This document shows positions 52,783-63,500 of a stretch of DNA of 64,000 bases, piece after piece. Under the pieces are notes generated by a model, which was given only the letters and a program-made list of their open reading frames with translations, ran no database searches and was not told the DNA's origin. A program made the position numbers and the translations under genes. How positions within the stretch are numbered: position 1 is the stretch's first letter; each line of letters opens with the position of its first letter. The stretch is from IMG/VR virus record IMGVR_UViG_3300023278_002893, positions 62,001 to 126,000 of that record, one strand, 5' to 3'.

Positions 52783-55700
52783 TTAGTCGGGAGTAACCTT
52801 CAATGTGTGGCCTGCTGAAATATCCACCCAAACATCCCCAGCATTCAAAGAACCCGACGACGTAGGCAATCCTGGCAAGTTCAAGTTTTGAGTGAAGGTA
52901 CCGCTGATAGAAGAAATGTCATTAGGCGTGGAAGCTACCGGATCTATAACCTCAAGACTAAAGTGAATAAACGTATCAGGGGAGGCACTAGAACCAAGAG
53001 TGAGGGTAGTACCCTGTGTGTGTAAAACACCGGGAGTAAATATATCACCCTCTACGACGTCAAGAACAGGAGTGATTGCCTGTTGCCTCAAATCAGATGT
53101 AAGATTAGGAGCGCCTCTCCAAGAACCCACGGTGGCACCGTTCTTACTAATAAAGAATGTTCGATCGCCGGTCGAGCCTGTAGGGAAAGACCCTCCATAA
53201 CTCACCCTTACTTTATTAATTCCTGCGGGTATGACAAATCTTCCCTCCTGCGCAGTGTCAAAAAAACCATCCGTATCAAAATGTACAGTATCAAAAGAAA
53301 GTGTGCCATCGCCGTTAAACGCGATGGCGCCGGAGTCAACGTCGATCCCACTAGAGCTGGCTACCTTCGCTCCCCTGAAACCTGCGGAAGAGCCGGGGCT
53401 AAGGGGAATACCTTGAAGAGTTATGGTGTCTGAAAATATACCAGATGCAGTGATAATAGATTTATCATCGATTGCCGTACTTGCGGTACCTATTGTGATA
53501 CCATCGGTAAAGGTACCTGTTACTGCAGTAAGTTCTCCAGTACCATCTAACTCAAGAGGCTTGCCGCCCGCTGTCGTTATAGTCCCATCCCCGCTGTCAT
53601 AAGCGTCTTGAAGAGTTCCACCCCCGCCCCCTCCGCCCCCGGTAGTAATCGTTACCTGACCGCCGCCGTCATCTGTTAAAGTACCAGTAGTAACTACAAT
53701 GGTATTTACATTAGATACAGTAGGAACACCGTCAGTTTCTTTGACAGTCAAAGCGGCGCCGCCACTTGTACCTGTAGAAACAGGAGTTCCTGAGATTGTC
53801 AGAGAGTCTGAATATATACCCGAAGACAAGACGAGGGGGTCAGACACACTCGCTTGCTCGCCACTGACCGTCATGATCTGTCCATCTTCTGTTATGGTTA
53901 CTGAACCTGCACCTGCTGCAGTAACCGAACCGGTGATGGAATTGATTTCAGTAACTCCAGAGTCTGTAGAAACAGGAATACCCGAAACAGTCAGGCTGTC
54001 GGACACCGCACCGCTAGTGGTTGTAAAATGAACGGCATCTAGATTCTCTACAGTTGCGGTACCTGTAACTGTAATATCAGTAAATACGAGAGAATCGGAG
54101 AGTTCGGTCATAACCGGAATACCCGAAACCGTTGCTGACTGGCTGATCTCTACAATATCTGCATCAAGCTGGTGAGTAGTAATGTTATCACTATTGATGG
54201 TAGTAAATGACACATCCGGCGATCCGGGGGGAGGCGACATGCCCCAAATAATCAATGAGCCATCCGTATTAGTAATGGTACCCCCGTTTGTTCTTCGCGC
54301 ATATAAATCGAAATCCTTGAAGGTAAGAACATTATCTAAAGTGCGGAACATCATAGTAGGTCGATATAAAACATCATCAAAAACAGATCCCTCATTAAAG
54401 GGGTGCTGTCCTGAATCTACACTATAATCTTCTCCATCTGTAACATTTTTTATCTTGTATCCAGCGGCAGTGGTATCCGTAGTCGTAGTAAAACCAGCAA
54501 TTCCAATAACTAACAACTGTTCTCGTTGGCGAGGAGTATACGTCTGAGAATATGCATTAAGTTTAGCGGACGTGGAAGATGAAATAGATTGATCCGCGGC
54601 GTCCCTAACTCCCTGAATCTGATCAAACGCTGACGTATTGACTACAAAAAATCTAGCTCTCTGTGAAGCTGAAGTTGAAGAAAATGCAATATTAGTGCTC
54701 TGCTCCATCTTCAAAATATGAGAACCCGCTGTTAGGGTTTCAATAACTGCGCCTGGGCAGGGGGATTTAAAATTGTTACCTGACTCTGCCTGAGTCATCA
54801 GCTCGGCACCGTCCAATAAGAATCTATTTCGACCTTCAAGTCCCGCACTAAGCTCACTCCCAAATAGTATGAGGTATTCTCCAGTTTCGGGGGCGGTAAA
54901 ATTAAGCGATGAGAAAAATTTACCTGTGTTATCAAAATCTTCAAAGGCGGACTGGTCGTGTGTTTGTCCTGTATCACTTCCATTAGTAAACCAATAGTCA
55001 GTCCCCGACACAAGACTCATCTGCTCAAGAGGAACAGAAACAATACCCATTGCGCCGTATTGACCGGTATTAGCACCGGAACCTAACTTAACTTGAATCG
55101 TAGCGGCAGAAACAGCGTCACCTGTAATGACCTTAAATCCCGCAACCTCAGCACCGCCCGTATGCCCAATTTTTACAGAAGACTGGGCGGCGCCTTCAGC
55201 CATGACAGACGTACCAAACCGGGCACGTATGTCCAAACTACCCGTGCTGGCGCTCGAAGTATCAAAACCAATATTACCTCTATAAAAAACAAGAGACTCG
55301 CCTGCTGAAATAGGGGCCGTCGAATGAACTGTCGTAAATGCAGCTGAGCTCATAGTGCCGGTAGAGTCATCAAAACTACCAAGAGCTGATGGAAAACTAC
55401 TAACAGGTATTTCTCCAAAAGTTGCAATACCTGAAACAGTCACGTCTTCCTTGAAATCGGCCGGGCCAGAAACTACCAATGACCCCGATGCTGTAATCCA
55501 ACCCGCCTCGATTAGATTATCTACGGTGAGAGTACCTGAGATATTAACATTACCAAACTCATCTTTTGGAACAAACTCTGGCGAACCTGAGATACCTACA
55601 AAAGTTTCTAACGCAATGATGGCATCCTTAAGTTCGTTGTGGTGCTCCGCCATGACAGTGAAATCCACATTATCATTTTGGTTATGTGCGACTGCGGTCG

Positions 55701-55953
55701 TGCCTCCGGCCCCGCGCTCAGCCCCACTGAACGTGGTCTCCGAGAACCCGTCGTAACGAATAGCCTCCGCCAAAGTTATGTCGGAAGGATCTGAAAGAAT
55801 AGTAATGAATCCCGCAGTCGGATAGCCAGTCGTAGTAACAACGGGTATCGTAAGCGTAGTATTGTCAATAGAGGACGTTAGTTGGGTACGTCCGTTATTG
55901 ATCGCTAAGAATAACGAATCATTATCATCTTTAGAATTTGGAAAATTAGGCAT
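52783..55953 (-). CDS. Putative tail fibre / receptor-binding protein
   Basis: S/T/G-rich with TVSGIPV-type repeats and Gly linkers; C-terminal C1q-like segment FRGAKV...FDTVHFDTDGFF...RFVIPAG. Confidence 0.65.
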   Translation of the reverse strand: MPNFPNSKDDNDSLFLAINNGRTQLTSSIDNTTLTIPVVTTTGYPTAGFITILSDPSDITLAEAIRYDGFSETTFSGAERGAGGTTAVAHNQNDNVDFTVMAEHHNELKDAIIALETFVGISGSPEFVPKDEFGNVNISGTLTVDNLIEAGWITASGSLVVSGPADFKEDVTVSGIATFGEIPVSSFPSALGSFDDSTGTMSSAAFTTVHSTAPISAGESLVFYRGNIGFDTSSASTGSLDIRARFGTSVMAEGAAQSSVKIGHTGGAEVAGFKVITGDAVSAATIQVKLGSGANTGQYGAMGIVSVPLEQMSLVSGTDYWFTNGSDTGQTHDQSAFEDFDNTGKFFSSLNFTAPETGEYLILFGSELSAGLEGRNRFLLDGAELMTQAESGNNFKSPCPGAVIETLTAGSHILKMEQSTNIAFSSTSASQRARFFVVNTSAFDQIQGVRDAADQSISSSTSAKLNAYSQTYTPRQREQLLVIGIAGFTTTTDTTAAGYKIKNVTDGEDYSVDSGQHPFNEGSVFDDVLYRPTMMFRTLDNVLTFKDFDLYARRTNGGTITNTDGSLIIWGMSPPPGSPDVSFTTINSDNITTHQLDADIVEISQSATVSGIPVMTELSDSLVFTDITVTGTATVENLDAVHFTTTSGAVSDSLTVSGIPVSTDSGVTEINSITGSVTAAGAGSVTITEDGQIMTVSGEQASVSDPLVLSSGIYSDSLTISGTPVSTGTSGGAALTVKETDGVPTVSNVNTIVVTTGTLTDDGGGQVTITTGGGGGGGGTLQDAYDSGDGTITTAGGKPLELDGTGELTAVTGTFTDGITIGTASTAIDDKSIITASGIFSDTITLQGIPLSPGSSAGFRGAKVASSSGIDVDSGAIAFNGDGTLSFDTVHFDTDGFFDTAQEGRFVIPAGINKVRVSYGGSFPTGSTGDRTFFISKNGATVGSWRGAPNLTSDLRQQAITPVLDVVEGDIFTPGVLHTQGTTLTLGSSASPDTFIHFSLEVIDPVASTPNDISSISGTFTQNLNLPGLPTSSGSLNAGDVWVDISAGHTLKVTPD

Positions 55954-55971
55954 TAAGGTTCTCCAAGAGGA

Positions 55972-56949
55972 TCAAGGAAGTTCTGGCCATACATCTATAT
56001 CCACCGCACGAATGACATTCGAGATACCCGTAACCGTAGTGATACTTCGCGTGCCTGATTCTGAGGTATGTATGGCTGAAACATTATTTTCGGACATATC
56101 AAATACTAAAACAGCACCACTGGTGGCAGTGTATAAACTACCACTTGTGTAATAGGAACCTAAACTGAAATCCACACTGACGGTAGGATCAGTAGTTAGA
56201 ACGGTATTATTAGCAGAGGATTCACTGCCCTGGTCTTCTTCAAATACAAAAGTGCCCCCCGAGGTAGCTACCCCAATTGCAGGGAGCTGCCCGGATACTT
56301 CGGAAAGGGTTATGTCAAAGGGAGGTTCCGCAGGAAGTGCGGGAGATGAGGTATTACTATACTCAAAATCTACATCAATTATATTTGTTCCGGTCGTAGA
56401 AAGCAAGTCGTAATTGGTCTCCACAGAGCCTTCATGTATTCCAGACGCAGTAGTCCAATATCCTCCCGCAGCGGTCAATCTTACAGAGTCGGATCCGCTG
56501 ACCACAGTACGAGTGGCATATTCTGATTCATCTGTAATGAAATCGACCCCCGACGCGGTGCCAATTAGAAGGCGTCCTGGGCTCGCATCTAAGTCCTTTA
56601 TGTGGTTATCCGACACTGGAGGACTAGTTAGAGTAGTAAAACGCTGTACAAACTGATCTGAGAAGTCTGAGCCCGGTGTACGGATGCGTATGTATTCCAT
56701 ATCGAAGATACCACTAGCCACAGTGCCTACATACAATTTACCCCGCAAGGGGTATGCACGCCAATCTACCGCAGCAGTAATGGGCTCTGAGGGAAGGGTG
56801 CCGGAAGAGATCACGTACCCCTTGAAAAGATCCACCACGTCAATGCCGCCGGAGGTAACGACGACCGCGTAGCGTTCCTCCACAATAAAGACATCGCGAG
56901 TGGCTGTCCCCGCTCCCGTGATCAAAGGCGTAGTGATCACAGTTCCCAT
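55972..56949 (-). CDS. Putative virion protein (beta-rich)
   Basis: S/T/G-rich with many xSG motifs, in the structural block. Confidence 0.55.
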   Translation of the reverse strand: MGTVITTPLITGAGTATRDVFIVEERYAVVVTSGGIDVVDLFKGYVISSGTLPSEPITAAVDWRAYPLRGKLYVGTVASGIFDMEYIRIRTPGSDFSDQFVQRFTTLTSPPVSDNHIKDLDASPGRLLIGTASGVDFITDESEYATRTVVSGSDSVRLTAAGGYWTTASGIHEGSVETNYDLLSTTGTNIIDVDFEYSNTSSPALPAEPPFDITLSEVSGQLPAIGVATSGGTFVFEEDQGSESSANNTVLTTDPTVSVDFSLGSYYTSGSLYTATSGAVLVFDMSENNVSAIHTSESGTRSITTVTGISNVIRAVDIDVWPELP

Positions 56950-59900
56950 TAGTTCGGCAACTCCCAGAAAACTTTCAGATTACCCGTCTGATCGCCCAAA
57001 GACTGACCCTCGGGGATATCAGTGCGAAGATAAAGATCTGTGGTTCCAGAGGCGGGGATAAGTCCGACCCGCAATCCCTGATCCAATTGGGAAGTCACGA
57101 GTTGAGGGCTAGTAGTGTGGTCAGGGCTAGAAGTCAGAGTGTATTGAACCTGTGCGTATCTTCCGGTAGGGAATAAAACACTTCCCTCCTGAAGAGAATC
57201 GTAAGCCAAAGTTCCAGAGAGGGCACCCCATACCGGATCTATTCCGCGCGGAGTTACTGGCGTGATTGCGTATTCCAGATCGGGGCCTGCGGAGCACGAG
57301 TACATAAACTGAATGGTCTTGTGGTCATAACGCCTATTGTTGTTAATCCTATCACCAATCTGTATGTCATAGTCTTCTGAGAATTGTGCCTCTCTACATT
57401 GGAGCAGATTAAAAGATTCTCTCTCGGAGTCATAGGTACTAGCTGCTAGGAAAAGCAACTGGCGGTCGGAGAGCAACTCCGTAGCATCCGATCCCGCCGC
57501 GGAGGTGCCCGAGAATCCGGAGCGTCTCATTCCTAATTCTGCCAAACTGACACCATTGCGCACCGACACGCCTCTCGGATCTACCAAATCTACCTTGGTA
57601 ACAGAGACGAGGGTACCCGCAACCAGCACAACTCTCAGTGCGTACATTTCGGGACGTCGGTTTGCGGAATTATTGACACTGTTAAGGGGGTTTCCAAAAA
57701 AAAGATATAACAAACCATCTATTGGATTATAAACACATTGCATAGCATTGGGATTACCATCTGCCTCTGACATACCAGGAATGGTAGATAAATCTATAAC
57801 CACTGACTCTGATACCAGTGTGTTGTCTTCCGTTACTAAATCCCCTCTCTGGATAACCATCAAAAGATCACCAGAGGAACTATCCACAGTATCGCTAGTA
57901 AGTGCGTAAAAATAAGTACCATCGAAAGTTAGGCAACTCATGTTATTCCAGCGCGTTGAGGAGCCCCCTATAGAATCTTCTCGCCAACTACTACGAAGGA
58001 AGTTACCCTGAGTATCCATTGTAATTGCATAATAGATAACGGTGTTTACGAAGAAATAGGGCTGTCTCTGTACTATATGAATCTCATCGAATGCGGCATC
58101 CCAAATCATACCCACAGGTTCGAATGTTTCGGTCGCAGTGACGGCGGCTTCATAACTATAATTTATCTGGCCTTGGAGATGATCTGTTCTCATATACTCA
58201 AATGAATTGGGATCATAGACATCCCAGATAGGACGTAAATCACTAGGGGCTGTACCGCTCAGCAACACATTGAGCACCCACAACTCATCATTGTCTGGGT
58301 GATACATCATGGCCCCACCTAAATTCTTAATTGTGTTGGTACCGGCGACTTCTCTACTGGTAACAAATCCATTGTTTTGGTTTATGATCCAATCATTTCC
58401 GCCGGAAGCATATTCCTCCTCATTAAGCCACTTGGCTGTTGGATAAACCCCAAGAGCAGTTGAGAGTTGATTGGTAGGATAAGTACTATCTGATCCCCAA
58501 TTAGATCTAATCAATTCCTGACCTATTACAGGTGAGGAAATGGGCGGAGTATCGCTTGCTCTGGCTCTGATAGTCTTGAATGCTGACGCGGTGTCACTAT
58601 CTATAGACGACTCTCGGGTCTCAATGGACGTAAAAGAAGAAGACACAAGTGAAGGCTGGGAACCGCCATCAAAAACAGGAGTCGTGTAGGTACCTGTAGC
58701 CAGGTAATCCCCAATGGGGATAGACTCAAACCAAATATTTGTCAAGTGGGTAGCCTCAGAAACCCAAGTCGATGCGAAATTAAGATCCTCTTGACACGTA
58801 GCCGCATCATTGAGAAGTATCGATCCGTTTCCCGGGTCACTTGCATCGGCTCTCCAGGTCAAAGCACCTGGCGACTGGGGACTATACCAAACATCTGCAT
58901 TATTTTCTTCGCTGGAGTACCCAATAAAATCGCCGGGGGCTGCCTTCCAAAATACAAACGCCTCCTGGGATACTGGATTTTGGCCTCCGATCTGTTGGTA
59001 TTGTGCAGTATTCTTGACTATGAAATTAGTACCAGAGGCTGAAGGAAAGTTAAATTGAGGATTATCCTCATCAAACCTGAACAAGAAACAGCCCGTTCTG
59101 GTAGTATTAGCCAACGATGCTATAGACATTATCTTAGTAATAATACAAGGTTCTTTTATCCGAGTATTGAGAGATAAAGTCACACCCTCCTGACGATGAA
59201 AAGAAGTACCATCATTTACCATCGAGGGACGTATCCCCGACGCAACCGTGCGACGTTCTAAAACAACACGATCTGCTCCAGAACTATGAAAAGCCTCGAT
59301 CTCGAAGAAATCGACATCAATGGCGGTACCAGTAACCGCAGTAAAGGGCTGGACACTAAGGCCTCTGACCGTGTGAAATGGAGCACCTGACCACGTGGTC
59401 ACTGAGCCTACATCAAATATGAAATCCTGGATCTCCCCACTTAGATTATTATAAGGGAACTGACTAAGTACGGAATTTTCTACAGGGTAAGGATCTCCCC
59501 CAGCATCCTCCACCCATCTCCAGCGGAGACGAGGGCCCTCAGACACATCATTAACTCCAAGAGGCCCCCCACGCATGCGGACGCGGACGCGGTCATAAAG
59601 ATCGGTATCTATCAGGACATGATTGTTATGGGGACCAAGAATATTACCAATGCCCGCAGGCTCTGACATCAATAAGGCTTCGCCGTCAGTATAATCACCC
59701 ACGTTAATAAAGCTGGGGCCGAGACCTGTGCTGGTATACCCAGCAGCACCATCGAGAGTAAATTCTCTAAACGATAGAGCACTCAATCCCCAACCAACGA
59801 CATCCTGAGAATCTGACCATCTATGGTAAAATCCACTAGAAGTCACCGTGCGTGTGCCTTGCAAAGTACCGGCTGCCCAGGAAGTAACTGCGGGCTGGGA

Positions 59901-60551
59901 ACTCTCAAGAACCTGACGGCCGAACCAGGGGCCGTTAGTACTGGTGGAGATCTCAAAAAGTTCATCCGCGTCTGTACCAGTGTCATCAATAAAGACAAAC
60001 GCAGACCCCTTCTTGGGAAAACGATTGAAAAGTTTGAGAATCTGTACGTTATCAGAGGGCCTGCCCACGGGAGCATCTTCTATCTCTACCTCTGTTTGGT
60101 TACCATCAGCTCCGAAATCTACAAGAGTATCGTCATTGATGGCTTTCCATTCAAATGTATCGACATCTCCGGATGGTGCATGTGTGTATCTAATATATCT
60201 TGGGGCTCCTGAAATTGTAGAATCAGCAATATCTCCAACGTACAAATTAGGGGAGCCAGTTAGTGTAACAGGGAAGTATGCAATATCATCATCGCTTATG
60301 GCCATCTCAGCGGTTGAGGCGTCTTCGGTGTAAAGCTCAATGCGATTCAGCTTCCAACGCGCTCCGAGATCCGCAGTCAGTACAATACTCTCAGTGGCGG
60401 AAACGGTGACTGCTGGAACAGAAATAGCCCCGTCCGCCATAACAGTCATCTGCTGTTCGTCTAAGAGCTGACTACCAGAGAATGTAGGATCAGTGGGAGA
60501 ATTAGCTGTGTTTCTAATAAACCCTTCCCGAATCATATTTCGTTCTACCAT
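56949..60551 (-). CDS. Large putative virion/baseplate-associated protein
   Basis: 1200 aa, acidic and beta-rich; C-terminal LYLRTDIP...LKVFW resembles the neighbour's IYIRSNIP...LLVRW. Confidence 0.6.
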   Translation of the reverse strand: MVERNMIREGFIRNTANSPTDPTFSGSQLLDEQQMTVMADGAISVPAVTVSATESIVLTADLGARWKLNRIELYTEDASTAEMAISDDDIAYFPVTLTGSPNLYVGDIADSTISGAPRYIRYTHAPSGDVDTFEWKAINDDTLVDFGADGNQTEVEIEDAPVGRPSDNVQILKLFNRFPKKGSAFVFIDDTGTDADELFEISTSTNGPWFGRQVLESSQPAVTSWAAGTLQGTRTVTSSGFYHRWSDSQDVVGWGLSALSFREFTLDGAAGYTSTGLGPSFINVGDYTDGEALLMSEPAGIGNILGPHNNHVLIDTDLYDRVRVRMRGGPLGVNDVSEGPRLRWRWVEDAGGDPYPVENSVLSQFPYNNLSGEIQDFIFDVGSVTTWSGAPFHTVRGLSVQPFTAVTGTAIDVDFFEIEAFHSSGADRVVLERRTVASGIRPSMVNDGTSFHRQEGVTLSLNTRIKEPCIITKIMSIASLANTTRTGCFLFRFDEDNPQFNFPSASGTNFIVKNTAQYQQIGGQNPVSQEAFVFWKAAPGDFIGYSSEENNADVWYSPQSPGALTWRADASDPGNGSILLNDAATCQEDLNFASTWVSEATHLTNIWFESIPIGDYLATGTYTTPVFDGGSQPSLVSSSFTSIETRESSIDSDTASAFKTIRARASDTPPISSPVIGQELIRSNWGSDSTYPTNQLSTALGVYPTAKWLNEEEYASGGNDWIINQNNGFVTSREVAGTNTIKNLGGAMMYHPDNDELWVLNVLLSGTAPSDLRPIWDVYDPNSFEYMRTDHLQGQINYSYEAAVTATETFEPVGMIWDAAFDEIHIVQRQPYFFVNTVIYYAITMDTQGNFLRSSWREDSIGGSSTRWNNMSCLTFDGTYFYALTSDTVDSSSGDLLMVIQRGDLVTEDNTLVSESVVIDLSTIPGMSEADGNPNAMQCVYNPIDGLLYLFFGNPLNSVNNSANRRPEMYALRVVLVAGTLVSVTKVDLVDPRGVSVRNGVSLAELGMRRSGFSGTSAAGSDATELLSDRQLLFLAASTYDSERESFNLLQCREAQFSEDYDIQIGDRINNNRRYDHKTIQFMYSCSAGPDLEYAITPVTPRGIDPVWGALSGTLAYDSLQEGSVLFPTGRYAQVQYTLTSSPDHTTSPQLVTSQLDQGLRVGLIPASGTTDLYLRTDIPEGQSLGDQTGNLKVFWELPN

Positions 60552-60563
60552 ATCATCCTTTTC

Positions 60564-63500
60564 CTAATCACAATTTACGAGCGGGGTCTTCCACCTAACC
60601 AAAAGGGAAGCGTCACGATTCTCGTTACCTGTTATATCCTTGGGTATGTTGCTTCTAATATATATAGTAGCCTCTTCCCCGTCTTCTACTCCCAACGAAA
60701 CCAGAGGCAAGTCGTCAGAGCCTGAGCTGTGGAAATTAACATTGTCCAGAGAAATCTCAATCATATCAGAGGGCTTTAGTAACTGACTACGTAATAGATC
60801 TCTATCAAACCTGTCGCTGAAGTCTGTCTTAGCATAATTATAAATCTTAATGTTCTCTAAAAGTGCCCAAGTGGATGCAGTATTTGTAGCAGGTTGGGTA
60901 GGAACTGGCGTGAAAGTTGTCGCTGTTTCGTTTTGAGGGGCTGCGGCAATTGCCTGCCCGACCTCACCCCCAAACATAACAGACGCGCCTCCCTCCCTCA
61001 CACCTTCCCAGGAACGATTACTACCATAGACTATCTCCCCATCAACGACTATCTGGACAGTAGAGTTAAGTGGCCCAATACTCCCATTGACATCCCACAC
61101 CAAAGCAACGTGCATTGTCTGATACTTCGCGAACGTGTAATTCTCTATCTTAGATTGGAACTGATACAACCTTTCCAAGTCATTTATGATCACAATAAAA
61201 CCAATTCCAGGTCGGAAAAAGAAAGTCATGAACTTACCATCAGGTCGTGTTATTTTGAAGATACTGGGAAGTACATCCGTGAATTGATTAACTCTACCAG
61301 TCTCTCCCCAATCAGGCTGGAACCAGAACTCAACAGTACCTATGGAAATATCCAGACCTTCCTGATAAATAGTAAAGGTCTCGCTGTTATTCAAATAAAG
61401 GGATGGGGTGAAGTTACAAACGTCGTCGAAGTTATTGCGAACAAATTGCATATCATCCAAGATTAATTCTAGATTCCTGGAACTACCAACGCCCCGGAAC
61501 TCTAACTCAAAGTATCGTATTCCTGGGGCATCAAAGACATTCCTTGTGTAGTTACCATCCACCGAGGAGGTTATCACAAAGTCCGCAGTTACGAAATCTA
61601 CCTGACTCTCCCCTGTATTTAAATCATAACTCGCCCCGGGCTGAAAAGGAATCTCAGATCGGTCAGCCGCTGATTTAAATTGAAGTTTGATCTCATTCCA
61701 ACCAGATTGCAATGATAGTTCTTTCATATTCCACACATAGGAAATATCGCGATCGTTTCCTAGGCGTATAGTTCCGAAATTAGTATCAAGAAGTGCTATA
61801 TCATTTATCTTCATCCAAAAAACAAAGAAATCTCGCTCGGAGAAATCAGCATCGTTGTTAGCATCTATACCATCCAGGGACACAGCTGCGACTGCGACCG
61901 AATCAACAGCGTATGTTATCTTAGTGCCTCTTTGATTAGTACTGTTAGGATGTACCTCTGGAACATCAGCCATTTCTACCAAAGGAGTCAATTGAATCTC
62001 CGACTCCAGCAAACGAAATTCATGAATAACTATAGAATTGGCATCCTCACCCTGACCTTGTACTGAATCCACCTCTAAAGTCCAGGTATCTGCAGTTATT
62101 GGAGGATTCAACGTACCGCTGAAAGTCAACCCGACGAAATCCTCCTCGGTCAGGACAACCTGCTCGACAGAACCAGGGTTAGCTTTGAGGGTAAAAGTAG
62201 CGGGCGCGTTAGTACGTAAGCCCGTGCCTACCTGCTTGGCATAGCTCTCGTCCATCTCCCATTCAAATCTGTTTACGGTTTTAGGCTCAGCAAGAGTAAC
62301 AGTAAGGGTATCTGTAAATCCGGTAGCTTGCCAGAAAGTCCCATTATCGCCATCCACCATATAAGACGCCTGGTGTTCGGGGACAAAGGTTAGAGACGAT
62401 GCCGTAGAACCCCAGGCATGGTTGGTCTCGATGAGTCCCTGTATATTAGCGGAAGACACGGTCTCTTCAAACAACTGAATAGACACAACACGTGTCTGGG
62501 GACCACGACCAATACCAAACTGATTGGATTGTCCTACTTCATTGGGCTCATTGAGAACAGACTCATCGGGATAAACACTGTCTTCTACATAAACACGCAT
62601 TCCTGAGGTCTCTATGGTATTGATAAAAATATGTGTAAAGCCAATACCCTCATTATAACTATCCACTCCTGTAAAAGACGCCTGATCGATGTCTAACCAG
62701 CTGGCATCAAGTGTGGGATCTGATTCTGAATTGGTCAAAGTTTGGATCTTGAAGTCTGTGGGGTAAAATTCTGTGTCGTACCCCAATACAGTAATGGCTT
62801 TAATCTCTTTGGTAATCACGTCACCTCTGTACGCGTCATGGAAAACTCTCCAAACATAGTGGGGAAATTCACTGCCCGGTACCACAAGATCAGTCAATGT
62901 GTTCTTAGTAAAGACACCCCAATAATCATCTTCGGATATCTCATCGAACTTACCATCCCAAAGGAAGAAGGGGTCACCTATAGTATTGACATCAGAAGAG
63001 TTATGGCTAGCTCCATAATCCACACCCTCCAGCAGACTATAAAGATTGCCTTGAGTATTATTAAAGGTGGAGACATCCTGTAATCCTGCACGGGTAGTAC
63101 TAAACCAATTAGAGTTCTCCGTGAATATCTCTGGTTGGGCCGGAGCAAAATTAACACCAAACAAAGTACCACCCTGCGTGTTAAAGTTATACTGCTTAGG
63201 CTGGGAGGCTAAATCCGACTGCAAGAGATTACTATCACCACGTACGGCCACCCATCTAATTGCGGTAGAGGGAGTAGCAGTACCCCAATCGGAATACTCT
63301 ACATTCTCAGGGCTGCCCACTCCAATAAATGACTTATTGGAATACGTAAAATTGCTATCATCATCTACATCCCAATAGCCTTTATCGTCTGTTGCGGGTT
63401 TAGCTCCCGGTGTCAGTAAGTCTCGTCTAAGTTCGGTGGCTGCGGAAAACGTACTGAGTCTGTAGGGCCTATTTAAATCAAAGCATATTACGGGATAGTC

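Noticed and set aside
147-63378. All plus-strand ORFs and nested alternate-frame minus-strand ORFs in the track
   Set aside because: They are shadows of well-supported minus-strand genes, with no recognisable motifs.
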